The notes beneath the pieces are model-generated. The model worked only from the letters and a program-made list of their open reading frames with translations, made no database searches and had not been told where the DNA came from. Made by a program: the position numbers and the translations under genes. Source: Pseudomonadales bacterium (GTDB lineage: Bacteria; Pseudomonadota; Gammaproteobacteria; Pseudomonadales; Pseudohongiellaceae). From it: 54,405 nucleotides of DNA. Below are positions 1-8,345 of this stretch, piece by piece (the stretch's first letter is position 1; each line of letters opens with the position of its first letter). The stretch is from NCBI GenBank assembly GCA_031260485.1, contig JAIRJU010000067.1, positions 1-54,405 on the forward strand. Direction: 5' to 3'.

Positions 1-194
1 ACCGCCGTGTACACCTCCACGCCAGCATCCGTGAACCACGCATCAAAATCATTCCAAAACACCTCATGCCGCAGCCCATCCGCCCCCACCTCAGGCAAAA
101 ACTCCCCGCTGCACAGCGACACCAGCGCGAAAGAGGGCGATGCCATGGCTAGCAGCAACACGGCGCACAGCGTGTGAATGGCAGACTGACGCAT
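1..194 (-). CDS. hypothetical exported protein, N-terminal fragment (gene runs off the left edge)
   Basis: A minus-strand ATG at 192-194 opens a frame that stays open to position 1. My translation is MRQSAIHTLCAVLLLAMASPSFALVSLCSGEF..., with a signal-peptide-like N-terminus. It is absent from the ORF track because it has no stop in the window. Confidence 0.45.
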   Translation of the reverse strand, partial: MRQSAIHTLCAVLLLAMASPSFALVSLCSGEFLPEVGADGLRHEVFWNDFDAWFTDAGVEVYTA

Positions 195-239
195 GAGGAA
201 ACCCTCGGAGAAAAACGCCGGATTAAAGCCGCATTAGTT

Positions 240-917
240 TTATAGCGACTTCAACACCACCGTTGTCGGGGTATAAACCGCAAGACGCTGTGCAAACGCT
301 GCACAACCCTGCGCGAGAATCGCCTTGGCGGCATCGGGCACATCCTGCGCAAAGCCCGCCAAGTCGAACGTGGAATACGTGAGATGCCGCGCCACACTCA
401 ACTCACTGCGCAAACGCGCGACCCCTTGCTGAGTAGACACAGAGAACGACGCCAGCGCCTCGGCATAATACGCATCCAAGGTTTTATCTTTAGCGGCCTT
501 GGCATCATCAAAACGCAGCGCCAAATCCATAATCGCCGCCGCATCATTCGCGGTAGCAACACCACTGCAAATCGCGCTCAACGCACGCTGATCCTGCACA
601 ATGAAACGCTGATCCTCTGGCGCCGCCAATGCCGCTATCGCCGCCAGATCCTTGGCATCGAGCGCTGCCTGAAGGCTTGAATCCGTGAGAACCGCGCGCA
701 AGGCCAGCAAGGTGAATAAATAGTCAGGAATGGCGGAAGGATCTTTATCCGCCGCGTAAAGCCAGGAGTGCGCCGCAAGTTTTTGCTGCAAGAACGCCGT
801 GTCATACGGCAGGGAGGAAAAGATGCTGGAAGGCTGCGCTAGAACAGAAAGTGGCAGAGAAATAGCTACGACTATGCCGCTGAGATAGCCTAGCAAACGA
901 CGCACGGGTGTTGGCAT
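240..917 (-). CDS. hypothetical exported Ala-rich protein
   Basis: Track ORF 240..974. I prefer the internal ATG at 917 (MPTPVRRLLGYLSGIVVAISLPLSVLAQP..., signal-peptide-like), which is preceded by GGAGAGG. I recognise no family. Confidence 0.6.
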   Translation of the reverse strand: MPTPVRRLLGYLSGIVVAISLPLSVLAQPSSIFSSLPYDTAFLQQKLAAHSWLYAADKDPSAIPDYLFTLLALRAVLTDSSLQAALDAKDLAAIAALAAPEDQRFIVQDQRALSAICSGVATANDAAAIMDLALRFDDAKAAKDKTLDAYYAEALASFSVSTQQGVARLRSELSVARHLTYSTFDLAGFAQDVPDAAKAILAQGCAAFAQRLAVYTPTTVVLKSL

Positions 918-1105
918 GACGCACCTCTCCGTAAAAAGTGCGTCATTTACACCAACAAATTCGGCCTCGGTCAAGCTTTTTTAGTGAACTTTTCTTCCAT
1001 TTTTTGCCCTGCGGATAATTGACAAGAGGGTTATTTTCATACAAGGAAGCTCACCAAGCAGCCATTGCAATGCCCTCACCCTAATCCTCCCCCGAACAAC
1101 AACAA

Positions 1106-1146
1106 GAGGGGGCAATAATGTCAACGATTTGATCAAAAACGCTCTA
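1106..1146 (-). repeat. intergenic repeat module, copy A, abutting the uvrD stop codon
   Basis: gagggggcaataatgtcaacgatttgatcaaaaacgctcta is near-identical to 29004-29045. Both copies have the same orientation and lie directly 3' of a minus-strand CDS. Confidence 0.65.
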
Positions 1147-3369
1147 CTAGATAGCTTCCAGTTTGGCATAGGCCATCACCAGCCACTTGCCGCCAACGCC
1201 GTCGAAATTGATTTGCACGCGGGCATTGCTGCCGCGGCCTTCGCTGTTGAGCACCACGCCTTCGCCAAAGGTGGGGTGGCGCACACGCTGGCCGAGGCTA
1301 AGACTCAGCCCTTGCGGTTCCTGCGCAAGATCCGCGCGTGTACTCACATCGCGCCTCCCCCAGCTTTCGCCCGCACCTCTTTCACCCACCGCGAAGCTGC
1401 GCGAAACCTGGCCTTTCATGCGCACTTCTTGCCGCAATTCAGCGGGGATTTCCTTGAGGAAACGCGAAGGCCGTGTCAGATGCTCCTCGCCGTGCAGCCG
1501 CCGTGATTCGGCATGGCACAGCAGCAGTTTTTCGCGCGCTCGCGTCAGCCCCACGTAGCAGAGGCGGCGCTCTTCTTCGAGTCCGCTGAGAGAATCCGCC
1601 GACATTTTGTGCGGAAACAAGCCCTCTTCCAGGCCCGCGATGATGACAAACGGGTATTCGAGGCCCTTGGCCGAGTGCAGCGTCATCAACTGCACGGCGT
1701 CTTCGTAGTCGTCGGCCTGCGTGTCGCCTGCATCGAGGGCGGCGCGATCGAGGAACGCGCCGAGCGTTTCGAGCGGCGTGGGTTTTTCGCCGTCTGGCGT
1801 TGCATCGGGCACGAAGGCGCCCGCGGCGTTGACTAGCTCTTCCAGGTTTTCCAGCCGCGAACGCGCTTTTTCGCCGCCTTCTTTTTCGTGATGCTGGATG
1901 AGCCCACTCTGGCGGATCACGTAATCGGCGCTCAGATGCAGCTCGTGCGTGGCGGCGTACTCTTCGAGCAGATCAATGAGCCGCATGAAGTCCTGCACGT
2001 TCTGCGCTGCGCGCCCTGGCAATTGCCCGCGCGTCACCGCCTGGCGCGCCGCCTGCCATAGCGAGCAACCTTCGCTGCGCGCTAGATTTCGGATCAATTC
2101 CAGCGTGACATTGCCGATGCCACGCACCGGCGTATTGATGACACGCTCGAAGGCGGCATCGTCGTCGCGGCTCGCAATCAAGCGCAAATAGCCAACAGCG
2201 TTGCGGATTTCCAGGCGCTCGTAGAAGCGGAAACCGCCATAGATGCGATAAGGCACTTCCGTGCGCAGCAGCGCTTCTTCCAGTTCGCGCGATTGCGCGT
2301 TGGAGCGATACAGCACCACGATTTCCTCACGGCGGCGGCCGCGTTTGGCCCACTGCTGGATTTGATCGCAGATGAAGCGCGCTTCGTCCTGTTCATTGAA
2401 CGCGGCATAGACAGCGATCGGCTCGCCTTCCATGCCGTCGGTCCACAACTCCTTGCCCAGGCGACCACTGTTGTTGGCAATGAGATGATTGGCGGCCTTG
2501 AGGATGGTGGATGTGGAACGATAATTCTGTTCCAGACGGATCAGTGTGGCCGGGTGGAAATCGCGCGTAAATTGCTGGATGTTCTCGATGCGTGCGCCGC
2601 GCCAGCCGTAAATGGATTGGTCGTCATCACCCACCGCAGTGACATGATTGCGCGTGCCTGCCAACACCCGCAGCCAGGCGTATTGAATGGCATTGGTGTC
2701 TTGGAATTCGTCTACCAGAATCTCGGTAAAGCGCTGTTGATAATAGGCCAAAAGGCCCGGCTGCTTGAGCCAAAGCTCATGCGAGCGCAGCAGCAATTCG
2801 CCAAAATCCACCAAGCCGCCGCGTTCGCAAGCGCCTTCGTAAGCCTTGTACACGCCTATCATGGTGCGTTGGTAATCCTGGCCGTAGTGTTCGAGATGAT
2901 CGGCGCGCAAACCTTCATCTTTCTGCTGATTGATGTACCACTGGCACTGTTTGGCGGGCCATTTGTTTTCGTCGAGATCGAGGGCTTGCAGCGTGCGCTT
3001 GATCAAGCGCAATTGGTCGTCGGCGTCGAGAATCTGAAACTTTTCGGGCAAGCCCGCTTCCTGCCAGTGCGCACGCAAAAGGCGATGCGCCAAGCCGTGG
3101 AAGGTGCCCACCCACATGCCGCCGATCGGCCGTTCCAGCAACTCTTCAATACGGCTGCGCATCTCGTTGGCGGCCTTGTTGGTAAAGGTCACCGCCAGGA
3201 GGTTGCCGGGCGCGGCGCCTGTCATCTCGATCAGCCAGGCGATGCGATGCACCAGCACCCGCGTTTTGCCGCTGCCAGCGCCCGCCAACACCAGCAGATT
3301 GCCCGGATCGGCGGTAACCGCCTGGCGCTGGGCATCATTGAGAGAATTGAGAATGTGGGAAACGTCCAT
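1147..3369 (-). CDS. uvrD: DNA helicase II (UvrD)
   Basis: 740 aa with Walker A AGAGSGKTRVL and the SF1 helicase motifs DEFQDT and VGDDDQSIYGWRGA. The C-terminal HPTFGEGVV tail and the length fit UvrD rather than Rep. Confidence 0.93.
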   Translation of the reverse strand: MDVSHILNSLNDAQRQAVTADPGNLLVLAGAGSGKTRVLVHRIAWLIEMTGAAPGNLLAVTFTNKAANEMRSRIEELLERPIGGMWVGTFHGLAHRLLRAHWQEAGLPEKFQILDADDQLRLIKRTLQALDLDENKWPAKQCQWYINQQKDEGLRADHLEHYGQDYQRTMIGVYKAYEGACERGGLVDFGELLLRSHELWLKQPGLLAYYQQRFTEILVDEFQDTNAIQYAWLRVLAGTRNHVTAVGDDDQSIYGWRGARIENIQQFTRDFHPATLIRLEQNYRSTSTILKAANHLIANNSGRLGKELWTDGMEGEPIAVYAAFNEQDEARFICDQIQQWAKRGRRREEIVVLYRSNAQSRELEEALLRTEVPYRIYGGFRFYERLEIRNAVGYLRLIASRDDDAAFERVINTPVRGIGNVTLELIRNLARSEGCSLWQAARQAVTRGQLPGRAAQNVQDFMRLIDLLEEYAATHELHLSADYVIRQSGLIQHHEKEGGEKARSRLENLEELVNAAGAFVPDATPDGEKPTPLETLGAFLDRAALDAGDTQADDYEDAVQLMTLHSAKGLEYPFVIIAGLEEGLFPHKMSADSLSGLEEERRLCYVGLTRAREKLLLCHAESRRLHGEEHLTRPSRFLKEIPAELRQEVRMKGQVSRSFAVGERGAGESWGRRDVSTRADLAQEPQGLSLSLGQRVRHPTFGEGVVLNSEGRGSNARVQINFDGVGGKWLVMAYAKLEAI

Positions 3370-3505
3370 GGCGCAATTTTAGACGAGGTGGCAAAAAATC
3401 CTAGGTTTTTCCTCAACTTAATGTGAGATACACGGCTTGGCGGGGCACTCGGGGCGGGGCTGCATACACTGAATTTTGTGCGTAGGCAATTTTTTTCTTT
3501 TCTTG

Positions 3506-3514
3506 TGCTATGAT
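3506..3514 (+). promoter_or_regulatory. candidate extended -10 (TGcTATGAT) for the cold-shock gene, implying a ~115 nt 5' UTR
   Basis: TGCTATGAT is preceded by a T-rich tract. Long structured leaders are typical of cspA-type genes. No clear -35. Confidence 0.35.
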
Positions 3515-3636
3515 GCCGCGCACCTGTATCTCCGTTTCTCCGGCTAGGCACGGTAGGAGTCCAGGTTACAGTCCCCCCTCAACGTGGGTTTCGCCAGGCA
3601 ATGGCATTTGCATCAAGTGAGTTACAAGAGAGTTAT

Positions 3637-3852
3637 ATGGCAGAGCAAGTAGAAGGTACCGTCAAATGGTTCAATGATGAAAAAGGCTTCGGCTTCATTG
3701 AACAGGCAGGCGGCAAAGATGTGTTCGTTCATTACAGCGCAATCGTGGCCGATGGCCGTCGTACGCTGCGCGAGGGTCAAAAAGTCAAAATGACCGTGAC
3801 CCAGAGTGCCAAAGGCCCCCAGGCTGAGAATGTATCGCCCATCGGCGGCTGA
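3637..3852 (+). CDS. cspA: cold-shock domain protein (CspA family)
   Basis: [36 protein letters not shown] contains the RNP1 motif KGFGFI and the RNP2 motif VFVHY. The start was moved to the ATG at 3637 inside track ORF 3601..3852. Confidence 0.93.
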   Translation: MAEQVEGTVKWFNDEKGFGFIEQAGGKDVFVHYSAIVADGRRTLREGQKVKMTVTQSAKGPQAENVSPIGG

Positions 3853-3878
3853 TCCCCCAGGGTTTTTACGTCGACAAG

Positions 3879-3915
3879 CCCTGGCCTGACCGCAGGACAG
3901 GGTTTCCTCTTTTCT
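3879..3915 (+). terminator. candidate intrinsic terminator after cspA
   Basis: ccctggcct / aggacaggg form a 9 bp stem with one mismatch and a 6 nt loop, followed by tttcctcttttct. Confidence 0.45.
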
Positions 3916-3974
3916 GGTTTGTCATAAAAACTGGCGCTTTTTTCGTTCCAGAAAGCTCATTGCGCGAGCGTGTT

Positions 3975-4044
3975 AGCCCCTGGAAAATAGTCCTTGGAAA
4001 ACAATCCTTGGGAAATAATCCCTGGAAAATAGCCCCTGGAAAAC
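3975..4044. repeat. 5 x 14 bp tandem repeat
   Basis: The head-to-tail units are AGCCCCTGGAAAAT / AGTCCTTGGAAAAC / AATCCTTGGGAAAT / AATCCCTGGAAAAT / AGCCCCTGGAAAAC. The last unit overlaps the first conserved codons of the RpiR-like gene. Confidence 0.9.
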
Positions 4045-4083
4045 ACCAACCTCATCCGCCGCATCCACCATACGCTCCCCCAG

Positions 4084-4899
4084 TTGCGCAAATCCGAGCA
4101 CCGGGTAGCGGAGTTGATTTTGCAGGATCCGCCGCGGGTTTTGAGCTTTCGCATCGCCGACTTGGCGCAGACCGCTGGCGTGAGCGAGCCTACGGTAATC
4201 CGGTTTTGCCGGGCGCTGGGCTTCGACGGCTTCCAATCCTTCAAATTGCAACTGGCGCAGTATTTGGGCAGCAGCGGCACCTATGTGCAGTTTTCCGTCA
4301 GCGACAACGATTCGATGGCGGACGTGAACCGCAAAGTGTTCGATGCCACGATCGGATCGCTGTTGAATGTGCGCGACGAGATTGATCCCCAGGCGCTGGA
4401 GCAGGCCATCCAGGCCCTGAGCCGGGCGCGGCGCGTGGAGTTTTATGGCTTTGGCGCCTCGGGCTCGGTGGCGATCGATGCACAGCACAAGTTCTTCCGC
4501 TTGCAGGTGACGGCGGCGGCTTATACCGACCCGCACATTCAGCACATGTCCGCGATTTCACTGCGTAAAGACGACGTGGTAGTGGCGATTTCGCAGTCGG
4601 GGCGCACCAAGGCGTTGATTCAAAGCGTGAATCTCGCGCGCGAGGCGGGCGCCACCGTGATTGGCCTCGTGCCGCACGCGACGCCGCTGGCGCGGATTTG
4701 TGACTATCCGATCCATATCAACGTAGAAGAAGACGAACAAGTGTTTACGCCTGTATCTTCCCGCATCGCCCACTTGGTCGTCATTGATGTGCTGGCAATG
4801 GGCGTGGCGCGCTATCGCGGCGACCTGCTCAAGGATCATCTCAAACTCCTCAACCGTAGCCTGAGGACACTACGCTCCTCAGGCAAAAAAACCGATTGA
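4084..4899 (+). CDS. RpiR/HexR-family transcriptional regulator (HTH + SIS domain); true start probably upstream of the TTG at 4084
   Basis: The HTH segment is IADLAQTAGVSEPTVIRFCRALGFDGFQSFKLQLAQ, and the SIS domain shows VEFYGFGASG ... VAISQSGRT. Homology to HexR N-termini continues upstream to about 4045 (see findings). Confidence 0.85.
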   Translation: MRKSEHRVAELILQDPPRVLSFRIADLAQTAGVSEPTVIRFCRALGFDGFQSFKLQLAQYLGSSGTYVQFSVSDNDSMADVNRKVFDATIGSLLNVRDEIDPQALEQAIQALSRARRVEFYGFGASGSVAIDAQHKFFRLQVTAAAYTDPHIQHMSAISLRKDDVVVAISQSGRTKALIQSVNLAREAGATVIGLVPHATPLARICDYPIHINVEEDEQVFTPVSSRIAHLVVIDVLAMGVARYRGDLLKDHLKLLNRSLRTLRSSGKKTD

Positions 4900-4911
4900 A
4901 GCGAACCCCCC

Positions 4912-5775
4912 ATGGCCTATCCCGTTATATTGAAACGTTTAAGTCAACACATTCCGGTGCTGCGGCGCATCATCAATGAGCGGGACACTCTGCGTGTGGA
5001 GCGCGCGCAATTGGCCAGCAAACTGTTGGAGCTTACTGACGAACGCGATCATCTGCAGGCCTTGTTGCAGAATTTGAGCAAAGGAAATACACATTCCGGT
5101 TATTGTCATTGCTGCCGGCAGAACACGTTCTTTCAGATTACGGGCACCTGGTTGCGTGACGAATATCTATGCCTGCATTGCCGTTCGATTCCACGTCAGC
5201 GGCACCTTCAACATATTCTCGATACGCGGTTTGTGGGTTGGGAGAACCTGACCATTCACGAATCGTCGCCCAGCAACGATTTCGTTGCGCGCTGGTGTCA
5301 GCAGTATTCTGCTTCACAGTACTTCGACGGTGTGAAGTCTGGCGAGTGGGTGAATGGCGTGCATTGTGAAAATCTGGAATGCCTGTCGTTCAATGACAAC
5401 AGCATCGACATTTTCATTACCCAGGATGTATTTGAACATGTATTCCACCCAGAGCTTGCCGTGCGGGAAATACACCGCGTGTTGAAACCCGGCGGCGCGC
5501 ATGTCTTCACTGTGCCGAAGCTGAGCACGGCTGAGCGGAGTGAGCCGCGTGCCCGCCTCAGTGCTGGCGGCATTGACTATCTGAAGGAGGCGTCCTATCA
5601 CGGCAATCCCGTTGGCGACGGCAAGGCGCTGGTGACTTGGGATTACGGTGCGGACTTCGAACGCCTGATCGACGCTTGGTCAGGGCTGTCAACCAGCACC
5701 TATGCGGAAGTGAATCGCGCCATTGGCGTCGATGGTGAGTTCCGCGAGGTATTTGTGTCGCGCAAACCGCTGTGA
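4912..5775 (+). CDS. class I SAM-dependent methyltransferase with N-terminal coiled-coil and CxxC...CxxC zinc-ribbon-like segment
   Basis: The Methyltransf_11-like core reads IDIFITQDVFEHVFHPELAVREIHRVLKPGGAHVF. Upstream of it is CHCC-x22-CLHC. The GC content looks lower than that of its neighbours. Confidence 0.7.
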   Translation: MAYPVILKRLSQHIPVLRRIINERDTLRVERAQLASKLLELTDERDHLQALLQNLSKGNTHSGYCHCCRQNTFFQITGTWLRDEYLCLHCRSIPRQRHLQHILDTRFVGWENLTIHESSPSNDFVARWCQQYSASQYFDGVKSGEWVNGVHCENLECLSFNDNSIDIFITQDVFEHVFHPELAVREIHRVLKPGGAHVFTVPKLSTAERSEPRARLSAGGIDYLKEASYHGNPVGDGKALVTWDYGADFERLIDAWSGLSTSTYAEVNRAIGVDGEFREVFVSRKPL

Positions 5776-5808
5776 CGCCGCCCTCACCAGCAGCCGCGGC
5801 ACTCTTTT

Positions 5809-7644
5809 CTATTCGACCGTAAGGCTCGTCGCCAGGTTGCGCGGACGATCGACATCCGTGCCGCGCAGCACCGCCACGTGGTAGGCCAAAAGCTGCAAGG
5901 GAATGGTGTAGATGATTGGCTCGAGAAACTTGCTACAGTGCGGCATGTTGAGCACGCTGAGCCCGGCATTGTTCTGAAAGCCCGCTTCGCGGTGGGCAAA
6001 CACGTAAAGCTGCCCGCCGCGCGCGCTGACTTCCTGCAAATTGGACTTCAACTTTTCCAGGAGTTCATTGTTCGGCGCCACCGCGATCACCGGCATGTCT
6101 GCATCGACCAGTGCGAGCGGGCCGTGTTTGAGTTCACCCGCGGGGTAGGCTTCGGCGTGGATATAGGAAATTTCCTTCAGCTTGAGCGCGCCTTCCTTCG
6201 CCACCGGGTATTGAACGCCACGGCCCAGGAACAGCGCATGGTGTTTTTCGCCGAAATCATTCGACAGTTGTTTGATGTCTGCATCGAGCGCGAGCGTGTC
6301 CACAATCGTTTGCGGCAATTGATTGAGATCCTTGACATAGTCTTTTTCCTGCGCGGCGCTGAGCCCTCTGCGCTTGGCCAGCGCCACCGCGAGTACCGCC
6401 AACACGGCCAATTGCGTGGTGAAGGCTTTGGTTGACGCAACGCCTATTTCGCGGCCCGCAAACGTCATCAACGCGACATCGGATTCGCGCACCAGCGAAC
6501 TGTTGGCCACATTGCAAACGGTGAAAAAACCCGCATACCCGAGCGTTTTGGCATAGCGCAGCGCCGCCAGCGTGTCTGCGGTTTCACCCGATTGGGAAAT
6601 CGTGATGAAGAGGCAGTCTTGCGGCACCAGCACCTTGCGATAGCGGTATTCACTGGCAATGTCCACGCCGCACGGCAAGCCTGCAATGGTTTCGATCCAG
6701 GATTTGGCCACCATTCCCGCGTGATAACTGGTGCCACAGGCCACGATCTGCACGCTCTTGGCTTTATCGAGGAAGGCTTTGGCGGCAACGCCAAATGATT
6801 GTTCCAAAATTTGTGTCTTGCTGATACGGCCTTGCAGCGTATTCTTCACCACGTCTGGCTGTTCAAAAATTTCCTTCTGCATGTAATGACGATAGTGGCC
6901 TTTAAGCACTTCATCGTTGTCGAGATGCAGCCGCACGGTTTCACGGTTTACGGGTGCGGTGCCGTTGTAGATAGTGATCTTGTCGCGCGTGACTTCGGCG
7001 ATGTCGTCTTCTTCGAGATAGATGAAGCGGTCCGTCACCTGGCCGAGCGCGGAGGGATCGGAGGCGATGAAGTTTTCGCCGATGCCCACGCCGATCACGA
7101 TCGGGCTGCCGCTGCGCGCCACGATGATGCTGTCGGGTTGTTCACTATTGATTACGGCAAGACCATAGGCGCCGCTGAGCCGCGCCACGACCTGACGCAC
7201 GCAGCCGAAGAAATCGCGCCGTTCGCGCTGCCAGATTTTGTGGATCAGATGCGCAATCACTTCCGTATCGGTGTCGGACGCGAATTGATAACCCTCCGCG
7301 CACAACTCTTGTTTGATCTCCTGAAAATTTTCGATGATGCCGTTGTGCACGATGGCGATGCTGCTGCCCGACACTTGCGGATGCGCATTGCGTACTTCCG
7401 GCTTGCCGTGCGTGGCCCAGCGCGTGTGCGCGATACCAACGACGCCATGCGCGGGCGCGGCGTGTTCCGCATCGCTCAGCGCCTGTACTTTGCCCGCGGT
7501 TTTGATACAGCGCAGTTGCTGGGTTACGGGATCAATCACCGCGAGACCGGCGGAATCATAACCGCGGTATTCGAGTCTGCGCAGACCTTCGATCAGGATG
7601 TCCGCGATGGGTCTTTGCGCAACTGCGCCTACGATGCCACACAT
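5809..7644 (-). CDS. glmS: glutamine--fructose-6-phosphate aminotransferase
   Basis: 611 aa starting MCGIVGA (N-terminal Cys nucleophile), with two SIS domains and a C-terminal ...LTVE. Confidence 0.97.
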   Translation of the reverse strand: MCGIVGAVAQRPIADILIEGLRRLEYRGYDSAGLAVIDPVTQQLRCIKTAGKVQALSDAEHAAPAHGVVGIAHTRWATHGKPEVRNAHPQVSGSSIAIVHNGIIENFQEIKQELCAEGYQFASDTDTEVIAHLIHKIWQRERRDFFGCVRQVVARLSGAYGLAVINSEQPDSIIVARSGSPIVIGVGIGENFIASDPSALGQVTDRFIYLEEDDIAEVTRDKITIYNGTAPVNRETVRLHLDNDEVLKGHYRHYMQKEIFEQPDVVKNTLQGRISKTQILEQSFGVAAKAFLDKAKSVQIVACGTSYHAGMVAKSWIETIAGLPCGVDIASEYRYRKVLVPQDCLFITISQSGETADTLAALRYAKTLGYAGFFTVCNVANSSLVRESDVALMTFAGREIGVASTKAFTTQLAVLAVLAVALAKRRGLSAAQEKDYVKDLNQLPQTIVDTLALDADIKQLSNDFGEKHHALFLGRGVQYPVAKEGALKLKEISYIHAEAYPAGELKHGPLALVDADMPVIAVAPNNELLEKLKSNLQEVSARGGQLYVFAHREAGFQNNAGLSVLNMPHCSKFLEPIIYTIPLQLLAYHVAVLRGTDVDRPRNLATSLTVE

Positions 7645-7757
7645 AGTCTCTCTTCCTTCCTCACCACCTTATGGTATGAATAACCGTGTGAATTGCCGTA
7701 TGAATTGCCAATGCCCAAGGCTAAGCGACGGCGAAGCCGTCCGCCTTGAGCTGCATA

Positions 7758-8285
7758 TTAGGCCAACAAGTATTGTGCATTACGTAAAACTACCCAGAAC
7801 CCCAAAATTAGAACAGGCGTGGAAATAACCAAGGCAAAAATCTTGCCAGCAAGACTGAGTGGCACGGTATGTAGCCGTTTTTTCCATGCAGCTATTGATA
7901 GTACTACCAAGAGGACTGCGACCAGAACAGGCGTGAGCAGTAGAAAGAGATCAACGGTGTCATAGAAGTAGAGATGGCTGCGCAAACCATAGACAACTAC
8001 TACACTAGAAAAAAATAAAGCAATGGCAAATAAACCATGACTGCCAAGCCGCGGGCTGCGCCACAAGATGAGCATCTGGATAGCGGCGGCAAGCGAGGTG
8101 TAGCCTGCCAGTTTAGCCGCCCCCGCCATAGGTTCATTATTACGAAACAGGTTGAGCGGTGAGCGTGACCACTCCCCAAAACGAACGGTCTCAATAAAAA
8201 CATAGAAAATTAACGCGACGGCGATCCCGAACATTATCGAAATCAAGCGGTCAGAAATTGTGTTTTCCTGTTGTAGTTTGATCAA
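7758..8285 (-). CDS. hypothetical integral membrane protein (5-6 predicted TM helices), low-GC orphan
   Basis: 175 aa, strongly hydrophobic and visibly more AT-rich than the flanking glmS and glmU. I recognise no family. Confidence 0.6.
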   Translation of the reverse strand: MIKLQQENTISDRLISIMFGIAVALIFYVFIETVRFGEWSRSPLNLFRNNEPMAGAAKLAGYTSLAAAIQMLILWRSPRLGSHGLFAIALFFSSVVVVYGLRSHLYFYDTVDLFLLLTPVLVAVLLVVLSIAAWKKRLHTVPLSLAGKIFALVISTPVLILGFWVVLRNAQYLLA

Positions 8286-8345
8286 GCTGGCGCTCCTTTT
8301 GCTGATGATGTCCGCTTACTTTAGCCTAATGCTTGAATAGCGCGC

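Noticed and set aside
981-1169. Small ORFs 981..1169 (-) and 28826..29035 (-) with similar N-terminal peptides (IKSLTLLPP / IESLTLFLPSP).
   Set aside because: The similarity is a by-product of translating the shared intergenic repeat module. Both ORFs lie wholly in repeat or palindrome DNA, and one overlaps the uvrD stop region.
3932-3947. Sigma-54-like TGGCGC-N5-TTCGT upstream of the RpiR-like gene.
   Set aside because: The -12 element reads TCGT instead of TTGC, so the GC dinucleotide is out of register. No enhancer-binding-protein gene is nearby.
3960-4545. ORFs 3960..4385 (+), 3957..4280 (-) and 3973..4545 (-), which cross the 14 bp array and overlap the RpiR gene.
   Set aside because: Their repetitive peptides (PWKIVLGK..., FQGLFSRDYFPR...) merely translate the tandem repeat. 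The RpiR frame carries the recognisable HTH and SIS motifs. The 3960 frame is discussed only as a possible phase-variation partner.
5776-5808. Possible Tn7-type insertion at the glmS 3' attachment region.
   Set aside because: I could not find Tn7-like terminal repeats, tnsABCDE-like genes or a target duplication. Only a single convergent methyltransferase gene is present.
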